Assembly: GCA_964477065.1 (NCBI GenBank)
Contig: CAYZCU010000002.1
Coordinates: 1-51,429 of the forward strand
Reading direction: 5' to 3'
Length of the DNA: 51,429 nucleotides
From: an uncultured Gammaproteobacteria bacterium
GTDB taxonomy: Bacteria; Patescibacteriota; Microgenomatia; UBA1406; HO2-37-13b
Part shown: positions 9,022 to 17,555 of the stretch, in pieces
Layout of the letters: each line of letters begins with the position of its first letter
How positions within the stretch are numbered: the stretch's first letter is position 1
Made by a program: the position numbers and the translations under genes
Notes under the pieces: model-generated
What the model was told of the DNA's origin: nothing
Databases searched by the model: none
The model's input: only the letters and a program-made list of their open reading frames with translations

Positions 9022-9972
9022 ATGATTGTTGATACCGTAACACTGGAAATTCAAGCTGGGAATGGAGGAAATGGAGCCGTTTCATTTCGCCGAGAGAAAT
9101 TTATCCCACGAGGGGGTCCTGATGGTGGTAATGGAGGAAAGGGTGGAAGCATTTACTTTGAATCTGTTCCTGACATCACCGCGCTCAAGCAATTTCGCCA
9201 TACGAAGTCCGTTATCGCAAAAAATGGTGGCCATGGTAAAGCTAAAAAGATGCATGGTGAAAATGCGGACGATGTGGTCATTCGTATTCCTGTCGGTTCG
9301 ACGGTCACGCGTCATGGATCAGGGTATGTTTGGACATTTGATGAGGTTGGTATTCGCAAGCGGATTGCACGAGGTGGATATGGTGGAAAAGGAAATTTTG
9401 AGTTTCGCTCCAGTACCAACCAAACGCCTCAAGAGTTTGAAAAAGGTCGAACTGGCGAATCCTTCCAGGTAACTATCGACATGCGTTTTATCGCAGATGT
9501 TGGGCTTGTTGGACTGCCCAGTGCAGGGAAATCAAGTTTACTGAATGCTTTGACTGAGGCGCACGCAAAAGTTGGTGCCTATCCTTTTACCACACTTGAG
9601 CCCAACCTTGGTGTCGCAGGTCATACCCTCATCGCTGATATTCCAGGGCTTATTGAGGGAGCTCATGAAGGCAAGGGTCTTGGTATTCGATTTCTGAAAC
9701 ATATCGAAAAAACAAAAGTGCTTCTCCATTGTATTGATAGCACTGTTGATAACCCCCGTGAGGCGTATCGAGTGATACGTGATGAACTTGGCGCTTTTAA
9801 TCCAGAATTATGTGAGAAAAAAGAAATTATTCTCTTGACGAAGTCTGATTTGTGCACAGATACACAGATGAAGAAGCTAAAAAAGCTTTTTCCAGAGCAT
9901 CAAGTACTGACAGTATCTATCATTGACGATGTTCAGATGAAGAATCTCTACACACTTCTTCAGACGCTTTGA
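9022..9972 (+). CDS. obg: GTPase Obg/CgtA (short form, no C-terminal OCT/TGS domain)
   Basis: Glycine-rich Obg fold AGNGGNGAVSFRREKFIPRGGPDGGNGGKGGSIY. G domain with GLPSAGKSSLL, DIPGLIEGA and TKSD. Confidence 0.93.
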   Translation: MIVDTVTLEIQAGNGGNGAVSFRREKFIPRGGPDGGNGGKGGSIYFESVPDITALKQFRHTKSVIAKNGGHGKAKKMHGENADDVVIRIPVGSTVTRHGSGYVWTFDEVGIRKRIARGGYGGKGNFEFRSSTNQTPQEFEKGRTGESFQVTIDMRFIADVGLVGLPSAGKSSLLNALTEAHAKVGAYPFTTLEPNLGVAGHTLIADIPGLIEGAHEGKGLGIRFLKHIEKTKVLLHCIDSTVDNPREAYRVIRDELGAFNPELCEKKEIILLTKSDLCTDTQMKKLKKLFPEHQVLTVSIIDDVQMKNLYTLLQTL

Positions 9973-9978
9973 TATGAT
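9970..9978 (+). promoter_or_regulatory. Extended -10 element TGaTATGAT, 6 nt upstream of radA ATG 9985
   Basis: Read directly: TGATATGAT-atacgc-ATG. It overlaps the obg stop codon. Confidence 0.45.
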
Positions 9979-9984
9979 ATACGC

Positions 9985-11274
9985 ATGTCTCAGTATGTAT
10001 GCGAAAATTGCGGTTTTGGATCTGCCTCTTGGTATGGGAAATGCCCTGAATGTCATCAGTGGAGCACGTTCAAAAAATTTTCAACAGGGACGAAAAAATC
10101 AACTGGTCGAGATGGCATAGAAAAAAAAGCGACATTTTCTACGCTCAAGACTCGTACAAAACAAAGCTCAAAACGTATTCCAACAGATGTTCATGAATGT
10201 GATCGTGTGCTTGGTGGTGGGTTTATTGAAGGTGAGGTCATCCTGATAGCTGGAGCTCCCGGTGTTGGAAAATCTACCCTGCTTCTGAAAATTTTGTCCC
10301 ATCTGCGAACAGTGTATGTCTCAGGTGAAGAATCTGGTGAGCAAATCCTCCAGCGCGCAGAGCGACTGCAGGTCGATACATCGAAACTCCTGTTTTCTTC
10401 AGATAATGAAGTCATGGGCATACTTTCTGCCCTTCAAGATAATGCAGGAGATTATGATGTCGTGGTCATTGATTCTATCCAAACAGTCTATTCAAGCTCA
10501 ATTGAAGCAAGTATGGGGAGTGTCTCTCAGATCAAGGAATCAGCAAGTAAGATCGTTGAATGGGCGAAGCGAAATCACACCATTGTGATCATTGTTGGAC
10601 ATATCACAAAGGATGGTGATATTGCAGGTCCAAAGACGCTTGAGCACCTTGTCGACTGTGTGTTGTACCTAGAAGGTGAGCCTCAGTCTTCCTTTCGTAT
10701 CTTGCGCGCACATAAAAATAGATTTGGTGCGACAGATGAGGTCGGTATATTTGAAATGAAGGAAACGGGGATTGAGGAAGTTGATAAGCCATCTGTCCTC
10801 ATCGATCCTGCAACGCAGTATGAATCTGGCAGGGCGCTTGTGGCCACAATTGAAGGGAGTCGACCGCTTTTTTATGAAGTCCAATCACTTGTTGTCCCAT
10901 CCGCGCTTACAATCCCGAGACGTGTCGTAACAGGCGTCGATAGTAATCGTCTTCAGCTCCTGCTGGCAGTCATGAGGAGGCATATGGGAGTCAAACTTGA
11001 CACGTATGATGTGTATGTCAATATTGTTGGCGGGTTGTCAGCGCGTACGCCGAGTGCTGATCTTGGGATTATTGCTTCCATCCTTTCCGCGGTTGAGGAT
11101 AAGCCATTGCAGGCAGGGACGGTATTTATTGGTGAGGTCGGTCTGCTTGGTGAAGTTCGAGCTGTGCAAAGTCAGCATAAAGTTCTTGATAATATATCTC
11201 GATTTGGTCTCAAAAAGGCATTTTCATCTGTAGATATTCAAACTGTCAAACGGATCAAATCCCTCGTGTGGTAG
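9985..11274 (+). CDS. radA: DNA repair protein RadA/Sms
   Basis: N-terminal zinc ribbon CENCG...CPECHQW, Walker A GAPGVGKSTLL, the RadA-specific KNRFG motif, and a Lon-like C-terminal domain. Confidence 0.93.
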   Translation: MSQYVCENCGFGSASWYGKCPECHQWSTFKKFSTGTKKSTGRDGIEKKATFSTLKTRTKQSSKRIPTDVHECDRVLGGGFIEGEVILIAGAPGVGKSTLLLKILSHLRTVYVSGEESGEQILQRAERLQVDTSKLLFSSDNEVMGILSALQDNAGDYDVVVIDSIQTVYSSSIEASMGSVSQIKESASKIVEWAKRNHTIVIIVGHITKDGDIAGPKTLEHLVDCVLYLEGEPQSSFRILRAHKNRFGATDEVGIFEMKETGIEEVDKPSVLIDPATQYESGRALVATIEGSRPLFYEVQSLVVPSALTIPRRVVTGVDSNRLQLLLAVMRRHMGVKLDTYDVYVNIVGGLSARTPSADLGIIASILSAVEDKPLQAGTVFIGEVGLLGEVRAVQSQHKVLDNISRFGLKKAFSSVDIQTVKRIKSLVW

Positions 11275-11287
11275 TATAGAATCAACT

Positions 11288-11677
11288 ATGAAGTTTCGCG
11301 TGTATGCCTACAGTGTTGTTGGCCTTGTTGTGGTGCTGATTGTCTTGCTCTCTGTATCATCTCAGCAGACCTTTACGTATCGCTCAAAGGCTCGTGAGCA
11401 ATCTGAGCAGACTATCAGCTCATTGTCACAAGCGGTTATTGCACTTCCTGCGTCAGATAGAGGAACATGTGTCAGCTCACTCACCTACCTTCCCACGAAA
11501 GATGATGCGACGCGCTCATGCTTCGTCCAGTTCGTGTGTACATCTAGCTCATCAACACAGTCCGTGCCCCCTTCATGTGCGAAAGAAGGGCCTCTGACAA
11601 CATGTGATGCGCAAGCCCCCTGCCAGTCGATATCAATGTGGGCATTGCAAGCTCAAAAGTACTGTGGATGTACCTAG
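11288..11677 (+). CDS. Small secreted or anchored Cys-rich protein, unknown function
   Basis: 129 aa. N-terminal hydrophobic anchor, several cysteines in the C-terminal half, no recognisable family. Confidence 0.5.
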   Translation: MKFRVYAYSVVGLVVVLIVLLSVSSQQTFTYRSKAREQSEQTISSLSQAVIALPASDRGTCVSSLTYLPTKDDATRSCFVQFVCTSSSSTQSVPPSCAKEGPLTTCDAQAPCQSISMWALQAQKYCGCT

Positions 11678-11682
11678 CTAAG

Positions 11683-12552
11683 CTATGAAAGATGTGTTTC
11701 CTTTTTCGCAAAGTAAGCTTCGTAGACGCCTCCACAAAGAAGCAGGATATTCATACTTATATACCAGTGAGGGAGGCTTGATGTCAGTGGGGTAATCACA
11801 AAGATACACGCAATAATCAGAGGTGCAGTCATCGTATGAAATGCAATTTGAATGAGCTTACCGAGACTGATCATTTTACGAGATTGATGCGTTTGGAATA
11901 AGATCGCATAGATAACCCAGGTGATACATGAAGTGACAAGTGCGAGAAATATGTGTGATATAAGTACGAATCCTGAGACAAATATGATTCCTCCAATATA
12001 TAAGACAAGTATACTCAGCCAATAATATTTCAGTGAATGAGATAAAACTTGAAGAATCTGGTTAAAAGTTGTCGAAGTAATTTTTATAGGATCTTCCTTT
12101 TCATAATCAAATGATCGAATCTGATCCCCAACCTTCGTATAAATATGTCCCTCTGTCATGAGTACTGGAGTATCATAATCGTCAATCATATCCATTTGAG
12201 CCTTTGGATCAATAACGACTAACGGCATAGGATTTGATGATAATGGTGAAAAGAGAATGAATGGCTTATCATAGTTTGTTGTTAGTCGTCCTTGAGGAGT
12301 AATAGTTACTATCAGATCTTTTGGATAGCTCAGAGACAAAGTCTGTATGAGTGATTGAAGCCGAGGTTTTGGAAAAACGGTCACAAATGCGAGATACTGA
12401 GCTGTGGTCGTAAAAATGACCGTAACCATAACGAGCATGAGAAAGTATCGCAATGAAAATGACATTGCTGTCGTACGGAGCTTGTGGTAATAGTAGTCAA
12501 ATGGGATGAGAGAGTGTCTGAGAACATGCCAAAATGTACGGATTTTTTGCAT
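11683..12552 (-). CDS. Polytopic membrane protein, possibly DUF1189-like
   Basis: Start moved to ATG 12552 (MQKIRTFWHVLRHSLIPFDYY...), which is preceded by TATGAT-N6. The ORF-track extension would run into the tuf promoter region. Topology is TM, extracytoplasmic loop, then 3-4 TMs. Confidence 0.6.
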   Translation of the reverse strand: MQKIRTFWHVLRHSLIPFDYYYHKLRTTAMSFSLRYFLMLVMVTVIFTTTAQYLAFVTVFPKPRLQSLIQTLSLSYPKDLIVTITPQGRLTTNYDKPFILFSPLSSNPMPLVVIDPKAQMDMIDDYDTPVLMTEGHIYTKVGDQIRSFDYEKEDPIKITSTTFNQILQVLSHSLKYYWLSILVLYIGGIIFVSGFVLISHIFLALVTSCITWVIYAILFQTHQSRKMISLGKLIQIAFHTMTAPLIIACIFVITPLTSSLPHWYISMNILLLCGGVYEAYFAKKETHLS

Positions 12553-12601
12553 ATACCTATCATACGAGTGCTCTACATATATTTCAATGCATATTTCTGT
12601 A

Positions 12602-12630
12602 TTGCAATTTGACAAACTCTTTCGTATAAT
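12602..12630 (+). promoter_or_regulatory. Sigma70-type promoter for tuf (TTGCAA-17 nt-TATAAT)
   Basis: TTGCAA at 12602-12607, a 17-nt spacer, TATAAT at 12625-12630. The leader to tuf is about 80-90 nt. Confidence 0.55.
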
Positions 12631-12718
12631 CTGCCTAGATTTGCTCAATGCATGACAGGATTTTTGTGCTGTGAGGTATTGACCACATCTTTTTGATTTA
12701 AAAGTTACTGAAATAACA

Positions 12719-13906
12719 ATGGCAAAGGATACATTTACCAGAAATAAACCACACTTGAACATTGGTACCATTGGTCACGTTGATCATGGTAAAACCACAA
12801 CCACTTCAGCTATTCATCACGTGCTTGCAAAAGCAGGATTAGCAGAAGAGTTATCAATCTCACAGATCGATAAAGCTCCTGAAGAAAAAGAAAGAGGAGT
12901 TACTATCAATCTTTCTCATACTGAATACGAGACAGCTACACGCCACTATGCTCATATTGATGCTCCTGGACATGCTGATTACATTAAGAACATGATTACT
13001 GGTGCTGCACAAATGGACGGCGCTATCCTTGTTGTTTCTGCTCCTGATGGTCCTATGCCTCAGACGCGAGAACACGTGCTTCTTGCACGACAGGTTAACG
13101 TTCCAGCATTGGTTGTCTTCTTGAATAAGACAGACATGGTTCAAGATGAAGAAATTCTTGAGCTTGTTGAAATGGAAATTCGAGATCTTTTGACAAAGTA
13201 TGAATTCCCTGGTGACACTGTTCCAGTGATCCGCGGATCAGCTTTGAAAGCTCTTGAAGGTGATGCTGCCGCTGAAAAGGCAATTCTTGACCTTATGCAA
13301 GCAGTTGATGACTTCATTCCAGAACCAGTCCGAGATATTGCTAAGCCATTCTTGATGCCCGTTGAAGACGTCTTTACCATTCAAGGTCGAGGTACAGTCG
13401 CAACAGGTAAGGTTGAGCGCGGTATTATCAAAGTCGGTGAAGAGGTTGAAGTTGTTGGTCTTGGAAAAGACACAAAGAAAACAACCATCACTGGTGTTGA
13501 AATGTTCCGAAAGACGCTTGATCAAGGTCAAGCAGGAGACAATGTCGGACTTCTTCTTCGAGGAATCGAAAAGACAGACATTGAAAGAGGACAAGTTATT
13601 GCTAAGACTGGATCTGTTAATCCACACACTGAGTTTGAGGCTGAGATTTATGTCTTGACCAAAGAAGAAGGTGGACGACACAGCCCATTCTTTAAAGGCT
13701 ACCGACCACAATTCTACATTCGTACAACGGATGTAACGGGAGAGGTTACTCTTCCAGCAGGAGTTGAAATGGTTATGCCTGGAGATAACTTGAAAGTACA
13801 AGCAAAGCTTATTTATCCAGTTGCACTCGAAGAAGGTCTTCGTTTCGCAGTCCGCGAAGGTGGACGAACCGTCGGTGCAGGTGTTGTAACGAAAGTTATA
13901 GCATAA
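12719..13906 (+). CDS. tuf: Elongation factor Tu
   Basis: 395 aa. [21 protein letters not shown], and the full EF-Tu domain 2/3 sequence. Confidence 0.98.
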   Translation: MAKDTFTRNKPHLNIGTIGHVDHGKTTTTSAIHHVLAKAGLAEELSISQIDKAPEEKERGVTINLSHTEYETATRHYAHIDAPGHADYIKNMITGAAQMDGAILVVSAPDGPMPQTREHVLLARQVNVPALVVFLNKTDMVQDEEILELVEMEIRDLLTKYEFPGDTVPVIRGSALKALEGDAAAEKAILDLMQAVDDFIPEPVRDIAKPFLMPVEDVFTIQGRGTVATGKVERGIIKVGEEVEVVGLGKDTKKTTITGVEMFRKTLDQGQAGDNVGLLLRGIEKTDIERGQVIAKTGSVNPHTEFEAEIYVLTKEEGGRHSPFFKGYRPQFYIRTTDVTGEVTLPAGVEMVMPGDNLKVQAKLIYPVALEEGLRFAVREGGRTVGAGVVTKVIA

Positions 13907-13918
13907 GCTCAATAGAGA

Positions 13919-13950
13919 CCCTGTATATCTGGGAAACCAGGTATACAGGG
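13919..13950 (+). other. 14-bp stem-loop with a GAAA tetraloop between tuf and rpsJ, no U tract
   Basis: CCCTGTATATCTGG-GAAA-CCAGGTATACAGGG, with one U-G pair. It is followed by aagctcgtg rather than a T run. Confidence 0.6.
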
Positions 13951-13979
13951 AAGCTCGTGACATAAATTAACATAGACAC

Positions 13980-14291
13980 ATGCCAAAAGGATTAATCAGA
14001 ATCAAGCTCAAGTCATATGATCATCGTCTTATTGACGAGACCTGTCAGAAACTTGTTGATACAGCCACGAAGACTGGTGCGTCCTTTATTGGTCCTATCC
14101 CTCTTCCTACAAAAACAGAGAAATATGTTGTCCAGAAGGCAGCATTTATCGATAAAGACAGCCGTGAATACTTCGGATTGAAAACACACAAGCGCGTTCT
14201 AGATATCGTCAATCCGACAAATCAGACGATTGACTCGTTGATGCACCTTGATCTCCCTGCTGGTGTCAGTGTTGAAGTTAAAATGAACTAG
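13980..14291 (+). CDS. rpsJ: 30S ribosomal protein S10
   Basis: IRIKLKSYDHRLIDETCQKLVDTA...HKRVLDIVNPT is canonical S10. Confidence 0.96.
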   Translation: MPKGLIRIKLKSYDHRLIDETCQKLVDTATKTGASFIGPIPLPTKTEKYVVQKAAFIDKDSREYFGLKTHKRVLDIVNPTNQTIDSLMHLDLPAGVSVEVKMN

Positions 14292-14295
14292 GCCT

Positions 14296-14820
14296 ATGCC
14301 TGTTCAGTTGCACGATACCTACTCCTTCTGCATTTACTGCGGTGGTAAGCTCAAGCATGACGAAGGCACCGTATACACGTGCCAATTATGCTCAAAGCGC
14401 TCATATTTGTCACCGACTCCTGGATGTAACTGTATCTTAATCCAAAATGACGCCTGCCTGATGGTCCAACGTGCTCGTGATCCAGATGCTGGTACATGGA
14501 GTCTGCCAGGTGGATTTTCACACTCTGATGAAACGTGTGAGGAGACGATGATCAGAGAGGCCAAGGAAGAGCTTGGCATACAAGTCGCAATCGATGGGCT
14601 TGTTGGATCAGATTATTGTACTTACATTTACCAAGGCATAGGTCGTCCTGTGCTTGTTATATATGGCGTTGGGAGGATTATATCAGGGGATATTGTGTGT
14701 GCTGATGATGTCTCTGACTATCAATGGGTCACTCTCGATGAGTTAACGACACTGCCACTTTTTCACGAGTTCGAAGTTGAAATGATTTCCAAGGCTTTTT
14801 CGTGTAAGAGAGAGATCTGA
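14296..14820 (+). CDS. Nudix hydrolase with an N-terminal zinc ribbon (NudC-like architecture)
   Basis: Zinc ribbon CIYCGG...CQLC followed by the Nudix box GGFSHSDETCEETMIREAKEELG. Starts 4 nt after rpsJ. Confidence 0.85.
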   Translation: MPVQLHDTYSFCIYCGGKLKHDEGTVYTCQLCSKRSYLSPTPGCNCILIQNDACLMVQRARDPDAGTWSLPGGFSHSDETCEETMIREAKEELGIQVAIDGLVGSDYCTYIYQGIGRPVLVIYGVGRIISGDIVCADDVSDYQWVTLDELTTLPLFHEFEVEMISKAFSCKREI

Positions 14821-14846
14821 TATGGGCTTTTGTAGGCATATTATCG

Positions 14847-14875
14847 TTGACTTGTACGGTAGCATAGTATATAAT
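14847..14875 (+). promoter_or_regulatory. Near-consensus sigma70 promoter upstream of rplC (TTGACT-17 nt-TATAAT)
   Basis: TTGACT at 14847-14852, a 17-nt spacer, TATAAT at 14870-14875. Confidence 0.65.
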
Positions 14876-14947
14876 TCATCTCACATGCCAGTTTCATTTT
14901 TGACGTCGGCTGTAGTGCGATAAGCATCAGAGCATGAGGACACACGT

Positions 14948-14972
14948 GACCTCAATCTGAGGTCTTTTTTTT
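14948..14972 (+). terminator. Intrinsic-terminator-like hairpin plus T8 in the rplC leader (candidate attenuator)
   Basis: GACCTCA-atc-TGAGGTC (7 bp) followed by TTTTTTTT, ending 4 nt before ATG 14977. An upstream TGAGG at 14935-14939 could pair with the left arm instead. Confidence 0.55.
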
Positions 14973-14976
14973 GACT

Positions 14977-15786
14977 ATGATTACAAAAGGAATATTAGGA
15001 ACAAAAGGAGCAACAGAGCAAGTCTTTTCAAAGACAGGCGATCGTATTCCTGTTACGCGTATTTCTACATCCCCCTGCTTCGTCGTAGCTGTTAAGACAC
15101 ATGATGTCGATGGCTACTGGGCAATCCAAATTGCTTTCGGAGAAGCAAAAAAGATGCCAAAGCCACAACAAGGAATCATCACAAAGGCGGGGATAAAAAC
15201 CCCGCTTCGTTTTTTAAAGGAGATACGTTTTGATACTGCTGAGCTAGTAGAAAAAGGCGATCTCAAAGGTATAAAGATGGGAGATTTTGAAGTGTATCCA
15301 GGTCAAGAGCTCTCATCATTAGATCTTTTCGCAGAAGGTGATACAGTCACCGTGACAGGCATTTCAAAAGGAAAAGGATTTCAAGGTGTCGTAAAGCGCC
15401 ATGGTTTTAAAGGAGGCAAACGTACGCATGGTCAATCTGACCGTGAGCGCGCTCCTGGATCTATCGGATCAGGAACCACAATCGGCCGAGTCTTTAAAGG
15501 ACTGCGTATGGCAGGCCGTATGGGCGGAGATACGATTACGGTGAAGAATCTTGAGGTTATTGCTGTTGAAGAGGGAGCACTTTTGGTTAAAGGAATTGTC
15601 CCAGGAGTCCCTGGTGGATTGATTGTTGTACGATCAGCATCAAAACTTCCTGAAAAAGCAATTATTGAAGAAGAGACACCAGTTGTTGAAGAAGCACCCG
15701 TCGAAGGAGAAGCACCAGCTAACGAAGAATCACCAGTCGTTGAAGAGGCACCAGTTGAGGAAGTTACAGCAGACGCAACTGCATAA
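14977..15786 (+). CDS. rplC: 50S ribosomal protein L3 with an acidic repetitive C-terminal tail
   Basis: ITKGILGTKG...GKGFQGVVKRHGFKGG..THGQSDRERAPGSIG. An alternative TTG start lies at 14971. The tail reads EETPVVEEAPVEGEAPANEESPVVEEAPVEE. Confidence 0.95.
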   Translation: MITKGILGTKGATEQVFSKTGDRIPVTRISTSPCFVVAVKTHDVDGYWAIQIAFGEAKKMPKPQQGIITKAGIKTPLRFLKEIRFDTAELVEKGDLKGIKMGDFEVYPGQELSSLDLFAEGDTVTVTGISKGKGFQGVVKRHGFKGGKRTHGQSDRERAPGSIGSGTTIGRVFKGLRMAGRMGGDTITVKNLEVIAVEEGALLVKGIVPGVPGGLIVVRSASKLPEKAIIEEETPVVEEAPVEGEAPANEESPVVEEAPVEEVTADATA

Positions 15787-15791
15787 ATACT

Positions 15792-16475
15792 ATGGCAGAT
15801 ACAGTATCAAAGAAAAAATCATTGAAACCGACACAGGAAACTGTTGCACGGGTCTTTACTGCGCAGGGAGAAGAGAAAGGAACATTTTCTTTGCCAGGAA
15901 TGATTTTTAATGTCGTCGCATCAGCAACATTGCTTGCTCAGTACGTACGAGTGTACCTTTCCAATCAGCGCCAAGGGACTCATAAAACAAAGACACGAGG
16001 TGAAGTATCTGGATCAACAAAAAAGATTTATCGTCAAAAGGGAACAGGACGAGCACGACATGGAGCTAAAATGGCACCAATTTTTGTCGGTGGAGGTATT
16101 GCACATGGCCCATCTGTCCGAACACATGCCTTGAGCATGAACAAAAAACAGCGACAGAAGGCTCTCTATAGAGGACTTACACTCAAAGCGGAACAAAACA
16201 AAGTTCTTGTTGTTGAAGGAATTTCAGCATTCAAAGGTAAAACCAAGGAGATGGCATCATTGATGAAAACGATGAATCTTGAGCCACAAAAGACACTCGT
16301 TGTGTACTCTCCGGAGCAAGCAGAGCTGTTTCAAAAATTGATGAGTAATGTTAATGACGCACGAACATCACAAGATAGATTGATGAATGCGTATGATGTA
16401 TTACGTGCTGATACACTTGTCTTTACTCATGAAGCGTTGAACGACTTTTTAGCATTTAGAGAGGCAACAAAGTAA
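15792..16475 (+). CDS. rplD: 50S ribosomal protein L4
   Basis: RQKGTGRARHGAKMAPIFVGGGIAHGP is the L4 signature. Confidence 0.95.
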   Translation: MADTVSKKKSLKPTQETVARVFTAQGEEKGTFSLPGMIFNVVASATLLAQYVRVYLSNQRQGTHKTKTRGEVSGSTKKIYRQKGTGRARHGAKMAPIFVGGGIAHGPSVRTHALSMNKKQRQKALYRGLTLKAEQNKVLVVEGISAFKGKTKEMASLMKTMNLEPQKTLVVYSPEQAELFQKLMSNVNDARTSQDRLMNAYDVLRADTLVFTHEALNDFLAFREATK

Positions 16476-16476
16476 T

Positions 16477-16764
16477 ATGAGAATTCACGATGTTGTTATT
16501 AAACCCCTGATTACTGAAAAGGCACTGGCTCATGGTCAGAAAAATGTCTATGTATTTCAGGTTGCTTCAGATGCAAATAAGAATCAAATTAAAGAAGCCA
16601 TTACAACACTTTTCAAGGTTGAAGTTGGAACGATCAAAACATTGCTCAAGAAGGGGAAAGTTCGACGAGTTGGCAAGCGTGCGAAGATGAAAACCATGCC
16701 TGATACCAAAAAAGCATATGTAACGGTTACAAAAGGGACAATTGATGTTGTACCACAAGCATAA
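16477..16764 (+). CDS. rplW: 50S ribosomal protein L23
   Basis: HDVVIKPLITEKA...VFQVASDANKNQIKEAI..LFKV, in the expected position. Confidence 0.93.
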   Translation: MRIHDVVIKPLITEKALAHGQKNVYVFQVASDANKNQIKEAITTLFKVEVGTIKTLLKKGKVRRVGKRAKMKTMPDTKKAYVTVTKGTIDVVPQA

Positions 16765-16777
16765 GTAATAGACGATT

Positions 16778-17554
16778 ATGGAGACACAAAAATTTTCACG
16801 AACAAAGCCACAAAAAAGCTTGATCACCATCTTGCAAAAGCATTCTGGTCGAGATAATACTGGTCAAGTTTCTGTTCGACACCAAGGTGGACGACAGAAA
16901 AGATATTATCGTGAAATAGATTTTAAGCGTGATAAGCGTGATATTGAAGGAACAGTTGTGCAAGTCGAATACGACCCAAACAGAACTGCAAATATTGCAT
17001 TGATTGAATACACAGACGGCGAAAAAAGATACATCGTTCATCCAGAAGGATTGAAAGTTGGAGATATCGTCATTGCTGGTACAACAGATAAAATGACACC
17101 AGGGAATGCAATGCTTTTGGCAAACATTCCACTTGGAGCACAGATTCACAATGTCGAACTGTATCCAGGAAAAGGTGGCCAGATTGTCAAGACGGCAGGA
17201 AGTACAGCGACAGTTATTGCTAAAGAGGGTGACTATGCTGACATTAAATTGCCATCTAAAGAGGTTCGAAAGGTTCTTCTGACATGTTTTGCAACAATTG
17301 GACGAATCAGTAACATTGAACATAAATTGAGAAATTTGCGTAAAGCAGGTCGAAGCCGATTGATGGGTATTCGCCCAACAGTCCGAGGAGTCGCTCAGAA
17401 TCCTTCATCTCATCCACATGGAGGAGGAGAAGGTCGAAGTTCTGAGGGTATGCATCCAAAGACACCATGGGGTAAGCCAGCACGCGGTAAACGAACACGT
17501 CAACACACCTGGAGTAATGCATTAATAGTTAAGTCACGCCGATCAGATAAGTAA
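16778..17554 (+). CDS. rplB: 50S ribosomal protein L2
   Basis: GRDNTGQVSVRHQGGRQKRYYR...VRGVAQNPSSHPHGGGEGRS. Confidence 0.97.
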   Translation: METQKFSRTKPQKSLITILQKHSGRDNTGQVSVRHQGGRQKRYYREIDFKRDKRDIEGTVVQVEYDPNRTANIALIEYTDGEKRYIVHPEGLKVGDIVIAGTTDKMTPGNAMLLANIPLGAQIHNVELYPGKGGQIVKTAGSTATVIAKEGDYADIKLPSKEVRKVLLTCFATIGRISNIEHKLRNLRKAGRSRLMGIRPTVRGVAQNPSSHPHGGGEGRSSEGMHPKTPWGKPARGKRTRQHTWSNALIVKSRRSDK

Positions 17555-17555
17555 T

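Noticed and set aside
3367-12718. The fusA-tuf intervening block as a genomic island, prophage or defence island.
   Set aside because: I saw no integrase, transposase or recombinase, no tRNA, no flanking direct repeats, and no recognisable defence or phage genes. The content is housekeeping (obg, radA, sod) plus envelope genes.
13238-13963. A 241-aa ORF antisense to tuf. Similar long antisense or off-frame ORFs occur at 16796-17323 in rplB, 48497-49069 in sufB, 2817-3158 in fusA, 45388-45786 in pgk, and 6933-7337 and 29702-30076.
   Set aside because: Each lies entirely inside a strongly conserved gene on the other strand or in another frame. Their translations are low-complexity (Ser/Cys/Phe/Asn-rich) with no recognisable motifs. 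They are typical shadow ORFs.
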